A DNA stretch of 52,927 bases from a virus (taxonomy: Duplodnaviria > Caudoviricetes), in IMG/VR virus record IMGVR_UViG_3300038330_000053, positions 1 to 52,927 of that record. One strand, given 5' to 3'. Below, in pieces: positions 1 to 8,988 of this stretch (its first letter is position 1; each line of letters starts with the position of its first letter). Below the pieces are notes generated by a model that searched no databases, was not told the origin of the DNA, and worked only from the letters and a program-made list of their open reading frames with translations. The position numbers and the translations under genes were made by a program.

Positions 1-112
1 CATACGCCGGCCCAGACGTTCCAAAGCTCAGTGACGCAGACGCCTGCGCCGCTCGAACGCAACGCCCCTGGTGTGCCGGGCGCGCCGGGCGTAGCCCCTA
101 CGGCTCCTGCAC
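1..112. repeat. Terminal overlap identical to 52816-52927 except position 3 (T vs G); circular-assembly overlap
   Basis: Direct comparison of both ends; the repeat lies inside a reading frame that continues across the junction. Confidence 0.95.
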
Positions 113-1047
113 CGACGTTGCCGGCTCCTGCTGGGCCAGGCGTCGCGCCCCGCCCGGTGCCGGGGCCCGGTGCCGCTGCGCCGGCTCCGATGCCGCCGGC
201 CCCCCTACCGCCGGCCGAGGCGCATCGACGCGGGACGGAGCAGATCAACCGCGAGGCCCGCGAGAAGGTGGCGGCCGAGCCGGTGCCGCGCACAGACGCG
301 GCGCGCATCCACGACCCCTACTCGTTCCAGAACGTGCAGCCTGCGAACAAGGGCGACATGGACGCGGGGCTGCAGACGCGCAAGTACATCCAGGTGGACC
401 CCGAGAAGGCGGCGGGCCTCTTGCAGCTAGAGCGCTACTTCCAGCGGTACTTCCCGGCGCTGGAGGTGCTCATGCCCTACATGACCAGCGGTGGGCGGAC
501 GGCCGCGCTCCGCTGGCTCACCGAGGGCATCGAGATCAAGTTGCCGCACCCGTTGCCACGCTTCGGCTTCGAGATCCCGGCGGGCGCGTTCGGCCAGCCC
601 CTCATCACCTCCGTGATGAAGGGCCTGGGTGTTCCGGAGAGCGAAGCCATCAACGTGCTCCAGGCCGTGGCCGAGTTGACCTTCCTCAAGAACGAGGCCC
701 CGGTCATCGCCTACCAGATCACCGGGCAGCGCATGGCCGCCGAGCTTGCGAAGTCCGAGATCAAGTCGTTCCCCGCGATGGAGGGGAGCCGCGAGGCCCA
801 GGAGGCGCGCACCATCGCGTTCTGGCGGCTCACCGAGGCGCGGCGACAGGCGGCCGGCGGCGCGCCGCTGGGACCGACGGTCACGAGCGACGACCTCATG
901 GCCGGCGTGGAGCAGTTCGCCAAGTCCACGAAGCAGTCAGCCGACACCATCCTCAAGTTGTATGAGACGGGCCACAAGGCCACGCAGAACTCGGTCCAGG
1001 CGCGCGCCTACGCGAACGCGATCACGAGGGCCCATGGCAAACGGTGA
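1..1047 (+). CDS. C-terminal part of the large putative ejection/internal virion protein starting at 51556 (768 aa joined)
   Basis: Position 31 equals 52846, in frame with ATG 51556; Pro-rich linker then helical domain; TGA at 1047. Confidence 0.8.
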   Translation, partial: HTPAQTFQSSVTQTPAPLERNAPGVPGAPGVAPTAPAPTLPAPAGPGVAPRPVPGPGAAAPAPMPPAPLPPAEAHRRGTEQINREAREKVAAEPVPRTDAARIHDPYSFQNVQPANKGDMDAGLQTRKYIQVDPEKAAGLLQLERYFQRYFPALEVLMPYMTSGGRTAALRWLTEGIEIKLPHPLPRFGFEIPAGAFGQPLITSVMKGLGVPESEAINVLQAVAELTFLKNEAPVIAYQITGQRMAAELAKSEIKSFPAMEGSREAQEARTIAFWRLTEARRQAAGGAPLGPTVTSDDLMAGVEQFAKSTKQSADTILKLYETGHKATQNSVQARAYANAITRAHGKR

Positions 1048-2773
1048 CACGTACGGCAAGGCGTTCCAGGAGTTGCAGGACAAGCGCCGTCAGGTGCAGC
1101 AGGGGCAGACCGGCGTCACCCCGCCGCCGCCGGGCCTGGGCCTGACCCCGCCGGGACAGCCCACGCGCATTGCTCCGTTCAAGCCCGGCGCGACGCCTGC
1201 GCCTGGCGCAGGGCCGACGCCCGCGCCCACGAACCCCCAGGCCCTGTCGCTCAACCCCTTGGACTACGTGGAGCCCTCGACGCTAGGGGCAACGGCGGCC
1301 GAGGCCGTCGGCATGATCCCGCACCCGGCCTTCAAGGGCGTCGGTCTCGTGAGCCGCACCGCCCTCAAGACGGCGTCGGCCATCAGTCACTTGCCGGCCC
1401 CGGTGAAGCGCTTCATCCTCACCGCCATCGGTGGCGGGACAGGGGAGAAGCTGGCGGGCGGCGACTTCACGGCGGGCGCGGTGAAGGAAGGCGGGAGCCA
1501 GATCGCCAGCGAGTTGGGCATGAAGGGCGTCGTCAAGACGGGGCAAGCGGTGCTCCGCAACTACCCCGGCAACAAGATGGCTCGTCAGGTGGGCAGGGTG
1601 GCAGAGAACGTCGGTGGCGAGTCCATGGCCGGCGCGCGGACGCCGGCCGGGTTGGGCGGTCTCGCGGCGCGCGAGACCACGATCCGCCAGACGATGAGCC
1701 GCATCCAGGAGCAGACCACAGTCAAGGCACAGGGGCTCTTGCCGGGTGGCACGACGTTCCTCGATCCCACGCGGCCCGCGCTGGCGCTCCCCACATACGA
1801 TGCGCAGAAGCTGGCGTCCCTCATGCGGAGCCCCGCCCTGGGGCTCGACCCCACGAAGCCCGCTGACGTGCAGCGGGCCCTCAGTCAGCCCTGGGTCCAG
1901 CAGCTTGTCGGCGCAACGGGGCCCCCCGTGCCTAAGCGCTACACGCTCGAAGAGATGAACAGCCGTCTCCAGGAACTCGGCGAGCGTGGCTGGCCCAGCC
2001 GCTTCGAGGTGTCGCCGACGTTGGCCAGTGGGGACAGTGGCGCGGCAGCGGCAGCCCGCAAGGAGTTCGCCATCCTCCGCAATCACCTCAAGCGCGAGAT
2101 GGAGTCGCATGGCGCGGCCGGCGTAGAAGCGTTCAACACGTGGGACGGCGGTCGTCAGGTCCGCAACGGGGGGCTCGCCTTGCTGGAGGTGATCCAGCGC
2201 GGCGGCTGGCTGGAGCCCGGCCGCAACACGACGCGCCTCAACACGGCCGCGTTCCAGAAGGCCGTGCGCGAGAACCTCGATAACCTGGAGCACCGCTTGC
2301 CGCCGGACGACTTCAAGCGGCTCAAGGCCGTGGTGTTCCGCAACGCGGACCCCATGACGGGGGACGTGGCGCACCGGGGCGCGACCGGCCGCGTGTTCAA
2401 CCCCATGAGCTACACCGGGACGGAGCCCTTCTCACCCGGTGAGTGGGGCCAGATCCTGGTGAACACGATTGTCAGCGCGGCCCTGGACCAGACGGGGCTG
2501 GGCACCGTCGCGCGGGGCGCGGGCTCGTACGGCGCGGGCCTCGTCAGCAGCACGCCAGCGCCCACGCCCGCCACAGAGGCCGCGACGCTGCCCCAGCGCT
2601 CCCTGGCTGCGCCACGCCCGTCGCTCGTCCCGACCGGCGCTGGGGTTACGCCGGCCGGAGTGCCCACACCCAGCGGTGAGGCGGTGATCCGCGCCAACGC
2701 GGACGCGGCAGAAGCGAACGCCAAGGAGAAGACGGCAGCGTTCCGCCGCGCCCGTGAGAACGCTAACCGCTAG
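1034..2773 (+). CDS. Putative ejection/internal virion protein (579 aa, MANGDTYGKAF...)
   Basis: ATG 1034 overlaps the end of the upstream gene; Gly/Ala-rich helical segments; last large gene of the structural arm, as in podoviruses. Confidence 0.65.
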   Translation: MANGDTYGKAFQELQDKRRQVQQGQTGVTPPPPGLGLTPPGQPTRIAPFKPGATPAPGAGPTPAPTNPQALSLNPLDYVEPSTLGATAAEAVGMIPHPAFKGVGLVSRTALKTASAISHLPAPVKRFILTAIGGGTGEKLAGGDFTAGAVKEGGSQIASELGMKGVVKTGQAVLRNYPGNKMARQVGRVAENVGGESMAGARTPAGLGGLAARETTIRQTMSRIQEQTTVKAQGLLPGGTTFLDPTRPALALPTYDAQKLASLMRSPALGLDPTKPADVQRALSQPWVQQLVGATGPPVPKRYTLEEMNSRLQELGERGWPSRFEVSPTLASGDSGAAAAARKEFAILRNHLKREMESHGAAGVEAFNTWDGGRQVRNGGLALLEVIQRGGWLEPGRNTTRLNTAAFQKAVRENLDNLEHRLPPDDFKRLKAVVFRNADPMTGDVAHRGATGRVFNPMSYTGTEPFSPGEWGQILVNTIVSAALDQTGLGTVARGAGSYGAGLVSSTPAPTPATEAATLPQRSLAAPRPSLVPTGAGVTPAGVPTPSGEAVIRANADAAEANAKEKTAAFRRARENANR

Positions 2774-2784
2774 GAGGTGACGCC

Positions 2785-2979
2785 GTGAGCATTCTGGACA
2801 TCGTCATCCTGCTGGTCGTGGTGGGGATCATCGCGTTCCTGATCCAGCGGGCCCCCTTCATCGATGAGCCCTACAAGTCATGGGCGCTCTACGCGCTCCT
2901 GGTGTTCGTGGCCATCGCCATCATCGTGATGGTGCTCGGGGGTTCCAGCGTCCTCACGAAGCGCTTCACCATCAACTAG
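2785..2979 (+). CDS. Small two-TM membrane protein (holin candidate)
   Basis: GGAGG RBS; two hydrophobic helices and a basic C-terminus; last gene of the late arm. Confidence 0.65.
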   Translation: MSILDIVILLVVVGIIAFLIQRAPFIDEPYKSWALYALLVFVAIAIIVMVLGGSSVLTKRFTIN

Positions 2980-3180
2980 TTCCGGCCGGCCGCCCGCGAA
3001 GCGGGCGGCCGGGAGCCGGGGCAGCGTTCCCGGCGTCATCCCACACCGGTAGAGAATCTCCAGATACCACGCGGCCCGCTGCCTCGCGTCGTCCCGCGCG
3101 GCCCGGAGGGCCGCGATCTCGTCCAGCAGCGCGAGCGCGGACTTGGGGCGCGTGAACGTCAGGAGGATGCGTTCAGCCAC
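2878..3180 (-). CDS. Hypothetical protein (MAERILLTF...)
   Basis: GTG 3180 overlaps the upstream stop region; 3' end overlaps the convergent gene by ~100 nt. Confidence 0.4.
   Translation of the reverse strand: MAERILLTFTRPKSALALLDEIAALRAARDDARQRAAWYLEILYRCGMTPGTLPRLPAARFAGGRPELVDGEALREDAGTPEHHHDDGDGHEHQERVERP
2986..3012. terminator. 12-bp hairpin with GAA loop where the two arms converge
   Basis: CCGGCCGCCCGC-GAA-GCGGGCGGCCGG; no clear U-tract. Confidence 0.55.
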
Positions 3181-3454
3181 CGAGGCGCTCCCGTAGGAGA
3201 GCAACGCAGCAGTGCTCCAGGGCGTGGGAGCCCGTGCAGTGCGCGTCCATCGCGGCGGCGAGGCGGTCGAGGGCGGCCTCAGCATCCAGATGACGACGAG
3301 CGACGGCATTCAGGGCGTCCCGCTCCCGCGTGAGCGCGTCCACTTCGGCCAGGAGCGCGGCGCGGTCGGCGTGGGCCTGGATGAGGTCCTTGAGTGGGAT
3401 GCGACCCGATGATGCGGCGGCGTGGCGCGCGCGGATGTCGGTGAGGTCCGTCAC
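3173..3454 (-). CDS. Hypothetical coiled-coil protein (MTDLTDIRAR...)
   Basis: GTGA start/stop coupling at 3451-3454. Confidence 0.6.
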   Translation of the reverse strand: MTDLTDIRARHAAASSGRIPLKDLIQAHADRAALLAEVDALTRERDALNAVARRHLDAEAALDRLAAAMDAHCTGSHALEHCCVALLRERLGG

Positions 3455-3690
3455 CGGGGCACCGTGTCGCGCATCGCGTGCCACCGCCGATCCATCTCCT
3501 CCACGAACCGCTTGGCGTCGAGCCGGGGGATGCCGTGCCCCTCGCGCACCAGCGCGGCCAGCGTCGCCCCCGCGATCAGCGTGTTGCGCGCCTTGACGTA
3601 GGCGCACGAATGCCAGCGGTGGATCAGGCGGGCCGGGAGGCCCTCCAGCGTCGTGTAGTACGTCTCGGGACAGGTGCAGTCGCGGCTCAT
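3451..3690 (-). CDS. Hypothetical protein, 79 aa
   Basis: ATGA and GTGA coupling to both neighbours. Confidence 0.6.
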   Translation of the reverse strand: MSRDCTCPETYYTTLEGLPARLIHRWHSCAYVKARNTLIAGATLAALVREGHGIPRLDAKRFVEEMDRRWHAMRDTVPR

Positions 3691-4922
3691 TCGTCCTCCT
3701 CCTCCTCGTCGGCGTGATGACCGTTGTCATGTGGGGGCTGCGTCTGCGGGTAGCGCACGCCCCCGCCCAGGTACTGCCAGCCTCGGCCGCGTCCGATGGA
3801 CGCGGACTGGACCTCACCCATCTCCACCAGCGTCTGCATGGCCATCTGGATGGCGCGGGCGTCGAGCCCCTTGTTGGTGAGGTGCTTGAGCAGGACGCGG
3901 TGGGGCACCGTGCCTCCGGCGTACCGAGCCAGGAACGCGCGGGCCAGGGGCAGGCCCCGTGTCGCCTCGGTCATCTGCGACACCGACAGCACCTGGGGCA
4001 TCTTGGAGACGGCGTGGTCGCTCAGCCGCTGAGCCTGGGCCAGCGTGGGCGCGGTAATCGTCAGGTCCGGGCCGTCGGCTAGGGTCAAGAGCATGGCGAG
4101 CTTGAGCATGAAGTCGTGCTGGCGCTTCCACGCGGCCGCGAGGTCCGGGTCGCTGGGCTCGGGCCGCCCCAGATACCACGCGACCTCGGACTCGGCGGCC
4201 TCGGGCGTCATCTCGAAGGGGCCGCCCAGGCACGACAGCACGTGCAGCCGGGTGCGGAGCGCGGTGCGCAGCGCCTCCCAGTCGGGCGGCAGGATGGGGC
4301 GGGGGTAGCGCACGTCGAAGTTGTACTCGGCCGGCACCACGACCATCCGCCCAAAGAAGCCGCCGCTGATCGCGTCCGGCGGGATGGCCTGGACGAGCCA
4401 CGCCTGCGTGCTCCCGCTGATCCAGTTGATGCAGACCTCGCCGGGCTGGAGCCGGCGCGTCCCGCTCGTCCGCGTGGACTCGCGAATCCCGAGCGTCGAG
4501 CCCGTGTAGAGTTCGGTGAACTGCTTGACCAGGGCGTCGGCCCACTCCCCCTTGCCCATGGACCACGACAACTCGGGCGTGACGAAGGTGTGGTGCGAGT
4601 TGAGGACCGGGCCTCGGGCCGGCGTGGCCAGCAAGTCCAGCATCGAGGGCGCGGTGATCTTGCCCTTGAAGATGTTCACGCGCGGGCAGGGAGCGAGCAC
4701 GTCCAGCATCGCGTCGATAGCTTCGTTCTTGCCGATCCCCGACGGCCCGATGAGCGCGACGTAGAGGTTAGGAGCGAGCCGCTTCGCGCCCTTCTGGAGC
4801 CAGACGCGGTTACTGACGGCGGCCGCGATGGCCATGAGGGCGCACCAGTGATGGTACTGGCGGGGCACCTCGGACGTGCCCGCGTACCGCAGATAGAGTT
4901 CCAGCAGGTTCTCATCGTCCAT
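3687..4922 (-). CDS. DUF3987-type P-loop ATPase, putative replicative helicase, with C-terminal winged-helix-like region
   Basis: PNLYVALIGPSGIGKN Walker A; GGFFGR motif; next to the polymerase. Confidence 0.75.
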   Translation of the reverse strand: MDDENLLELYLRYAGTSEVPRQYHHWCALMAIAAAVSNRVWLQKGAKRLAPNLYVALIGPSGIGKNEAIDAMLDVLAPCPRVNIFKGKITAPSMLDLLATPARGPVLNSHHTFVTPELSWSMGKGEWADALVKQFTELYTGSTLGIRESTRTSGTRRLQPGEVCINWISGSTQAWLVQAIPPDAISGGFFGRMVVVPAEYNFDVRYPRPILPPDWEALRTALRTRLHVLSCLGGPFEMTPEAAESEVAWYLGRPEPSDPDLAAAWKRQHDFMLKLAMLLTLADGPDLTITAPTLAQAQRLSDHAVSKMPQVLSVSQMTEATRGLPLARAFLARYAGGTVPHRVLLKHLTNKGLDARAIQMAMQTLVEMGEVQSASIGRGRGWQYLGGGVRYPQTQPPHDNGHHADEEEEDE

Positions 4923-5064
4923 GGCGTGGCTCGGGATGCGGTGGCACAGGGACGTGCCGGCTCCCGTCGAAGCGGGGGCACTCGCACAGGTGGAAGCGGC
5001 ACGGGCCGTGGCCGGGATGCACGTCCTCGGCGTGATGACAGCGTCCGCAGAACAGCAGGCTCAT
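4912..5064 (-). CDS. Small Cys/His-rich Zn-binding protein (MSLLFCGRCHHAEDVH...CECPRF)
   Basis: ATGA coupling with the polymerase stop; CxxC, H and CxC ligands. Confidence 0.6.
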   Translation of the reverse strand: MSLLFCGRCHHAEDVHPGHGPCRFHLCECPRFDGSRHVPVPPHPEPRHGR

Positions 5065-7589
5065 GGCTCGGACTCCTTCAGCATGAGGCGCACGCGCTCG
5101 GTGAACTCCTCGCGCGGCGGCAGCCGCTTGAACTCTAGGGGCAAGGCCCACGACAGCCCCACCTTCACTTCGACGGGCATGGACAGCCGCGTCCCCGCGT
5201 AGGTCCGTGGCTTCCCGATGCCCTCCGCGAGGAAGACAGCCACGTCATAGGCCTCGTCCAGGGTGGTGGAGCAGAGCAGCGAATCGTGGTTCTGGTGGTG
5301 GAGGACGGTGGTCATGCGCTCGCGCCGCAGCCACTTGTCCAGGGGGACGAGCCCGTACTGGTTGACGAGGAGGACGAGTTCTGACTGCGGACGGGCGGCG
5401 TAGGCGAAGCGATAAAGGTCATCATCCAACCTGTCCCAGGTGAAGTCCCAGACCATGCCCCACGAGTTGGCGAGGCAGCGATGGCGCATCACCTCGGCGC
5501 GGGTGTCGCGCTGCCACACGCGGACCTCGGGCGTGTCCCGGTCGATCACGGCCTCGATGTAGCCCTGCGCTTCCTCGGGCGTGACGATGACGCCGTCCTT
5601 CAGCAACTCCTCGGAGAAGCGGAGACCGTGGAGGTCGTAGTTGCCGGCGTGCCGGCTGCGCTTGCCCAGGTAGCGGCGCTCCGGCGTGATGGGGAGGTCG
5701 GGCCAGATCACGCGGGCGGCGCGGGTGTGCTCGTCGTTCTCCCACGGCGGGGCGAGCGCCCGCGCAATGAGGCGCTCCGAGCGCGTGAGGCACTTGACGA
5801 TTCGGTCCTCACCTTGCGAAGCATCGACTTCAAGAAAGAACATCCCTGGCTCTGCCACATACACACGCCGCAACGCTCGATCAACGTTCTGAAGGTTCGC
5901 ACCTGTGCGGCGGGGGTTCTTCCCAGATGTGAGGCGAAGTGTTTCTGTAAATCCGTACTGAGTCCGCACGCGTCCGTCGTCATCGGCCATCCCCTCCTTC
6001 AAGAAGGTCGTGAGCTTGCTGACGCGGCGGTGCGCCAGGATCAGCGGGCCGGCGTACGCGCACGTGGCGACGGCATCGGGCGTGCTCACGTCGTCGTAGA
6101 TCGAGCCCAGCACGTTGGGCTTCTGGATCATCAGCTTGCGCACGACCACTTCCTTGGTGGTCGTGGCCTTCGAGGCCCGGTCCCGCTGGACCGGCAGGCC
6201 CAGCCCGTCGGGCTTGGGTCCGTAGAGGTAGGTGGCCAGCTTCTTGGTGGAGAGGTCGGTCTTGCCCTGGAGGGCGTGGCCCGTCACCTCCTGCAGCCGC
6301 GCGCCCAGGGCAGCGCGCTCGGTGATGAGGCGGGCCGCCACGCTCCGGGCGGCCATGGCGTCGCGGGGCAGGCCCCGCAGCATCATGCGCAGGAGCGGGG
6401 CGAACAGCGCCTGATACATCCGCAGATAGAAGGGCAGGGCCTCGCGCTCCGCGAGCCGGGCCCGGTACAGGTTCGCCAACTCCAGGGTGACGCTGGCGTC
6501 CTTGCCGCAGTAGCGCCAGAACGTCTCCAGGTCCGACCACTCGCCCTCGCCGTCGCCCTCCTTGGCGTCGTCCTTCCAGTAGGGCTCGCGCGTGTCCACG
6601 CTGGCCATGTAGGCCAGCGAGTGCGTGTCGAGGGGATCGAGGGCATGGTGCAGCCACCGCGTGTCCCACCGATACTGGCGGACGGGCACGCCGACCTGGG
6701 CCAGCCAGAACGTGTCGAACAGGCCGTTCTGCAGGACCTTGGCCTGGGGCAGAGCGTGCAGCGCCTCGATGACCTTCCACACCTGGGGCAAGTCCTCGCC
6801 CCAGTAACTCGTGGTCGTGGGGATGGTCAGGCTCAGCGCGGGATCGATGGCGTAGCCGATACAGGTGATGCGCGGATCACCGAGCCACTTGCGGAGGCGG
6901 GGCTTGCCCAGGCCGCCCCGCTTGAGGGGGCGACCGGGCACCGTCTCGCTCATGCGCTGACGGGGGGTCTCGATGTCGATGGCGAGGGCGTCGCTTCGCG
7001 ACGCCTGATCAAGGAAGTCGTAGAGGTCGGGAAGGGTCGGTCGGATGACGTGCTCACGCCGTGGCAGCCGCAGATCGCAGGGGAACAGCAGGTCACTGGC
7101 GATCCGCCGCCAGTCCAGCCGGCACCGTCGCTCCCAGGAGGGCGTGTGGAACGTGGCGGCGGGGTGGATGGTGGGAATGACCTTGTGAGCGCGGCCGCGC
7201 TCGTCGGTGTACGAGAGGATGGAGCCTCGGGCCTTGGTGATGGTGAGGCGGCGTCGAGCCAGGAGCGCACGAAGAGCCACGTCCCCAGTAGGTACGATGA
7301 CGACAGGGCCGTCCAGGCGAGCCAGTCGCACATGGAGATCCTCCAGCCAGGGGGCGAGGTCGGCGGCCGGGACCTTGGCGATCTTGTTGCCCGGCGCTTG
7401 GTACGGAAACACGTTAGTCCAGTAGGCGTCGGCCCGGTCCAGGCCCACCTCGGTCATCCAGCCCTTGAGCTTGTAGCCGCTAGGCCCCACGAACGGGCGG
7501 CCCTGCGCCACCTCCTGGGTCGCCGGGGCCTCCCCGATAATGCAGAGGGGCTCGCGGCCTGTCCCCTCGTCCGGCACGCGGATCGGCAT
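5061..7589 (-). CDS. polA: Family A DNA polymerase with N-terminal family-4-like uracil-DNA glycosylase domain and 3'-5' exonuclease
   Basis: UDG motifs GEAP/PFVGPSG/TN/HPAA; Exo DIET, QNGLFD, YCGKD; motif A DASQGEDR, motif B RYLGKRSRHAGNY, motif C HDS. Confidence 0.93.
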   Translation of the reverse strand: MPIRVPDEGTGREPLCIIGEAPATQEVAQGRPFVGPSGYKLKGWMTEVGLDRADAYWTNVFPYQAPGNKIAKVPAADLAPWLEDLHVRLARLDGPVVIVPTGDVALRALLARRRLTITKARGSILSYTDERGRAHKVIPTIHPAATFHTPSWERRCRLDWRRIASDLLFPCDLRLPRREHVIRPTLPDLYDFLDQASRSDALAIDIETPRQRMSETVPGRPLKRGGLGKPRLRKWLGDPRITCIGYAIDPALSLTIPTTTSYWGEDLPQVWKVIEALHALPQAKVLQNGLFDTFWLAQVGVPVRQYRWDTRWLHHALDPLDTHSLAYMASVDTREPYWKDDAKEGDGEGEWSDLETFWRYCGKDASVTLELANLYRARLAEREALPFYLRMYQALFAPLLRMMLRGLPRDAMAARSVAARLITERAALGARLQEVTGHALQGKTDLSTKKLATYLYGPKPDGLGLPVQRDRASKATTTKEVVVRKLMIQKPNVLGSIYDDVSTPDAVATCAYAGPLILAHRRVSKLTTFLKEGMADDDGRVRTQYGFTETLRLTSGKNPRRTGANLQNVDRALRRVYVAEPGMFFLEVDASQGEDRIVKCLTRSERLIARALAPPWENDEHTRAARVIWPDLPITPERRYLGKRSRHAGNYDLHGLRFSEELLKDGVIVTPEEAQGYIEAVIDRDTPEVRVWQRDTRAEVMRHRCLANSWGMVWDFTWDRLDDDLYRFAYAARPQSELVLLVNQYGLVPLDKWLRRERMTTVLHHQNHDSLLCSTTLDEAYDVAVFLAEGIGKPRTYAGTRLSMPVEVKVGLSWALPLEFKRLPPREEFTERVRLMLKESEP

Positions 7590-7657
7590 GGGTGCCTCGC
7601 TTAGCGGTTAGCACAGATGACAGGGCCCCCAGCGTGCGGGGGCCCCGTCTTCAGCGC

Positions 7658-8317
7658 TTACTCGTCGTTGGCTTCGTGAGCGGCGACGTGCGCGGCGAAC
7701 CGCGCCTTCAGGACGGACTGGTTGCAGATGCTGCAGTTGACGGTGGCCGGCTGGGTCACGGGGGTCACCGGCTTGGGGCCGGTCGCCGCCGGCTTCGTGG
7801 CCACGCGGGCCGTCGCCACGGGGGCGGGCATCCCGCCGCCGGGCGCGGGCAGCGGGTGCTCCCCATAGATGAAGAAGGAGCGGATGTTGGCCTGGACGCG
7901 ACCGGCGTAGGCGTTGGGCGTGCCGTCGCGGTTCGTCTCCTTCTGGACCTCGTTGGCCACGAGGACGCCCAGCGTGCGGCCCACCGCGCCCTCGATGTCC
8001 TTGGCGATGGAGCCCGTCGCGTCCATGCCCGCCTTCTTGAGCATGTCCTTGTAGCGGCGGCCCGCGAAGCCGGCCCACGAGTTGGGGTCCTTGCCCTCGG
8101 GATCGGCGTCGGTGCCGATCACGAAGCGCTCGAAGTGGGGCTGGTCCTTCACGTCGTCGGGCTCCAGGCCGCGCAGCGTCACGCGGATCTGGTACTTGCC
8201 CGTCTTCGTGGGCTCGTGGTCTTCCAGCGCCTCGATGCGGACGTGCGCCCGGCCCGGCGGGAACTGTCCGCCCGTCCAGTCGGGGATGACGTTGGGATCG
8301 TAAATCATGTCGCTCAC
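7658..8317 (-). CDS. Putative ssDNA-binding protein (DUF669-like) with C-terminal C2H2 finger
   Basis: GAAGGAG RBS; FPPGRAHVRIE OB-fold-like start; lies in the Sak4/nuclease/polymerase module. Confidence 0.65.
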   Translation of the reverse strand: MSDMIYDPNVIPDWTGGQFPPGRAHVRIEALEDHEPTKTGKYQIRVTLRGLEPDDVKDQPHFERFVIGTDADPEGKDPNSWAGFAGRRYKDMLKKAGMDATGSIAKDIEGAVGRTLGVLVANEVQKETNRDGTPNAYAGRVQANIRSFFIYGEHPLPAPGGGMPAPVATARVATKPAATGPKPVTPVTQPATVNCSICNQSVLKARFAAHVAAHEANDE

Positions 8318-8344
8318 AGCGCGCTCCTTCTGTCCTAGTGAGGG

Positions 8345-8530
8345 TTAGGCCGCAGGGGCGGCGGGATCGGTGGCCTCGGCCAGCTTCGCGATGCGGCGTC
8401 GCCGTCGCACGACGGGCGCAGCCTTGGCCCGGGGGGCCAGACCGAGCTTCGTCGCGAAGGCGTCCAGGCTATCGCGAATCTTCGCGAGCCGGGCGAGGTC
8501 ATTGTGGGAGAGGACCGTTGCTTTGTGCAT
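8345..8530 (-). CDS. Small basic protein (MHKATVLS...RRRRR)
   Basis: GAGGAGG RBS and an upstream promoter. Confidence 0.55.
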   Translation of the reverse strand: MHKATVLSHNDLARLAKIRDSLDAFATKLGLAPRAKAAPVVRRRRRIAKLAEATDPAAPAA

Positions 8531-8560
8531 CCGGGCATCACCTCCTCTGTGCATGATGGG

Positions 8561-8589
8561 ATCGTAGCGTGTCGCTGGCCCGCTGTCAA
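8561..8589 (-). promoter_or_regulatory. Sigma70-type promoter TTGACA-17-TACGAT
   Basis: Consensus -35, 17-bp spacer, intergenic. Confidence 0.8.
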
Positions 8590-8593
8590 GCGG

Positions 8594-8758
8594 TCAAGCG
8601 AAATATTCTGCCTGCCACCCACGGCGGCGGGCATACCGCAGCGCTTCCTCGCGGGTCCACCCCAGCATGTAGCCCAGGATGGGCGCGGCGCGGGTGACCA
8701 CGCCCCGCGCGTCGATCTCGACGGCGGCCACGAAGTGGGGCGCAGTCACGCGGATCAC
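8594..8758 (-). CDS. Hypothetical protein (MIRVTAPHFVAAVE...)
   Basis: GTGA coupling with the upstream peptide gene. Confidence 0.6.
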   Translation of the reverse strand: MIRVTAPHFVAAVEIDARGVVTRAAPILGYMLGWTREEALRYARRRGWQAEYFA

Positions 8759-8841
8759 TCCCGGCCCCCGCCGATGATCAGGAGGATGGCCACCGACAGG
8801 AAGAAGACCGCCCCGATCAGCAGCCACCAGGTCGTCTCCAC
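8755..8841 (-). CDS. 28-aa single-TM peptide METTWWLLIGAVFFLSVAILLIIGGGRE (not in ORF track)
   Basis: Hand-translated; fills the gap; stop coupled to the next start. Confidence 0.5.
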   Translation of the reverse strand: METTWWLLIGAVFFLSVAILLIIGGGRE

Positions 8842-8850
8842 GGCGGGCCG

Positions 8851-8988
8851 TCAGCGTCCCAGCAGCGCGCCGATGATGGCGAAGGGCAGCAGGCACAGGC
8901 CCACGACGAACGCGCCCATCAGCAGGAGCCCACCTCCGTAGAACACGATGGTGGCGATGATCAGGGCGATCTCCACGCCGGGGCTCAT
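8851..8988 (-). CDS. 45-aa hydrophobic membrane protein
   Basis: ATGA coupling; almost entirely hydrophobic. Confidence 0.55.
   Translation of the reverse strand: MSPGVEIALIIATIVFYGGGLLLMGAFVVGLCLLPFAIIGALLGR

Noticed and set aside
5481-7604. 707-aa plus-strand ORF and many similar long antisense ORFs (e.g. 25884-27707, 33550-34536, 51550-52839)
   Set aside because: Shadow frames of real genes in GC-rich DNA; no motifs or RBS, and they oppose the operon direction.
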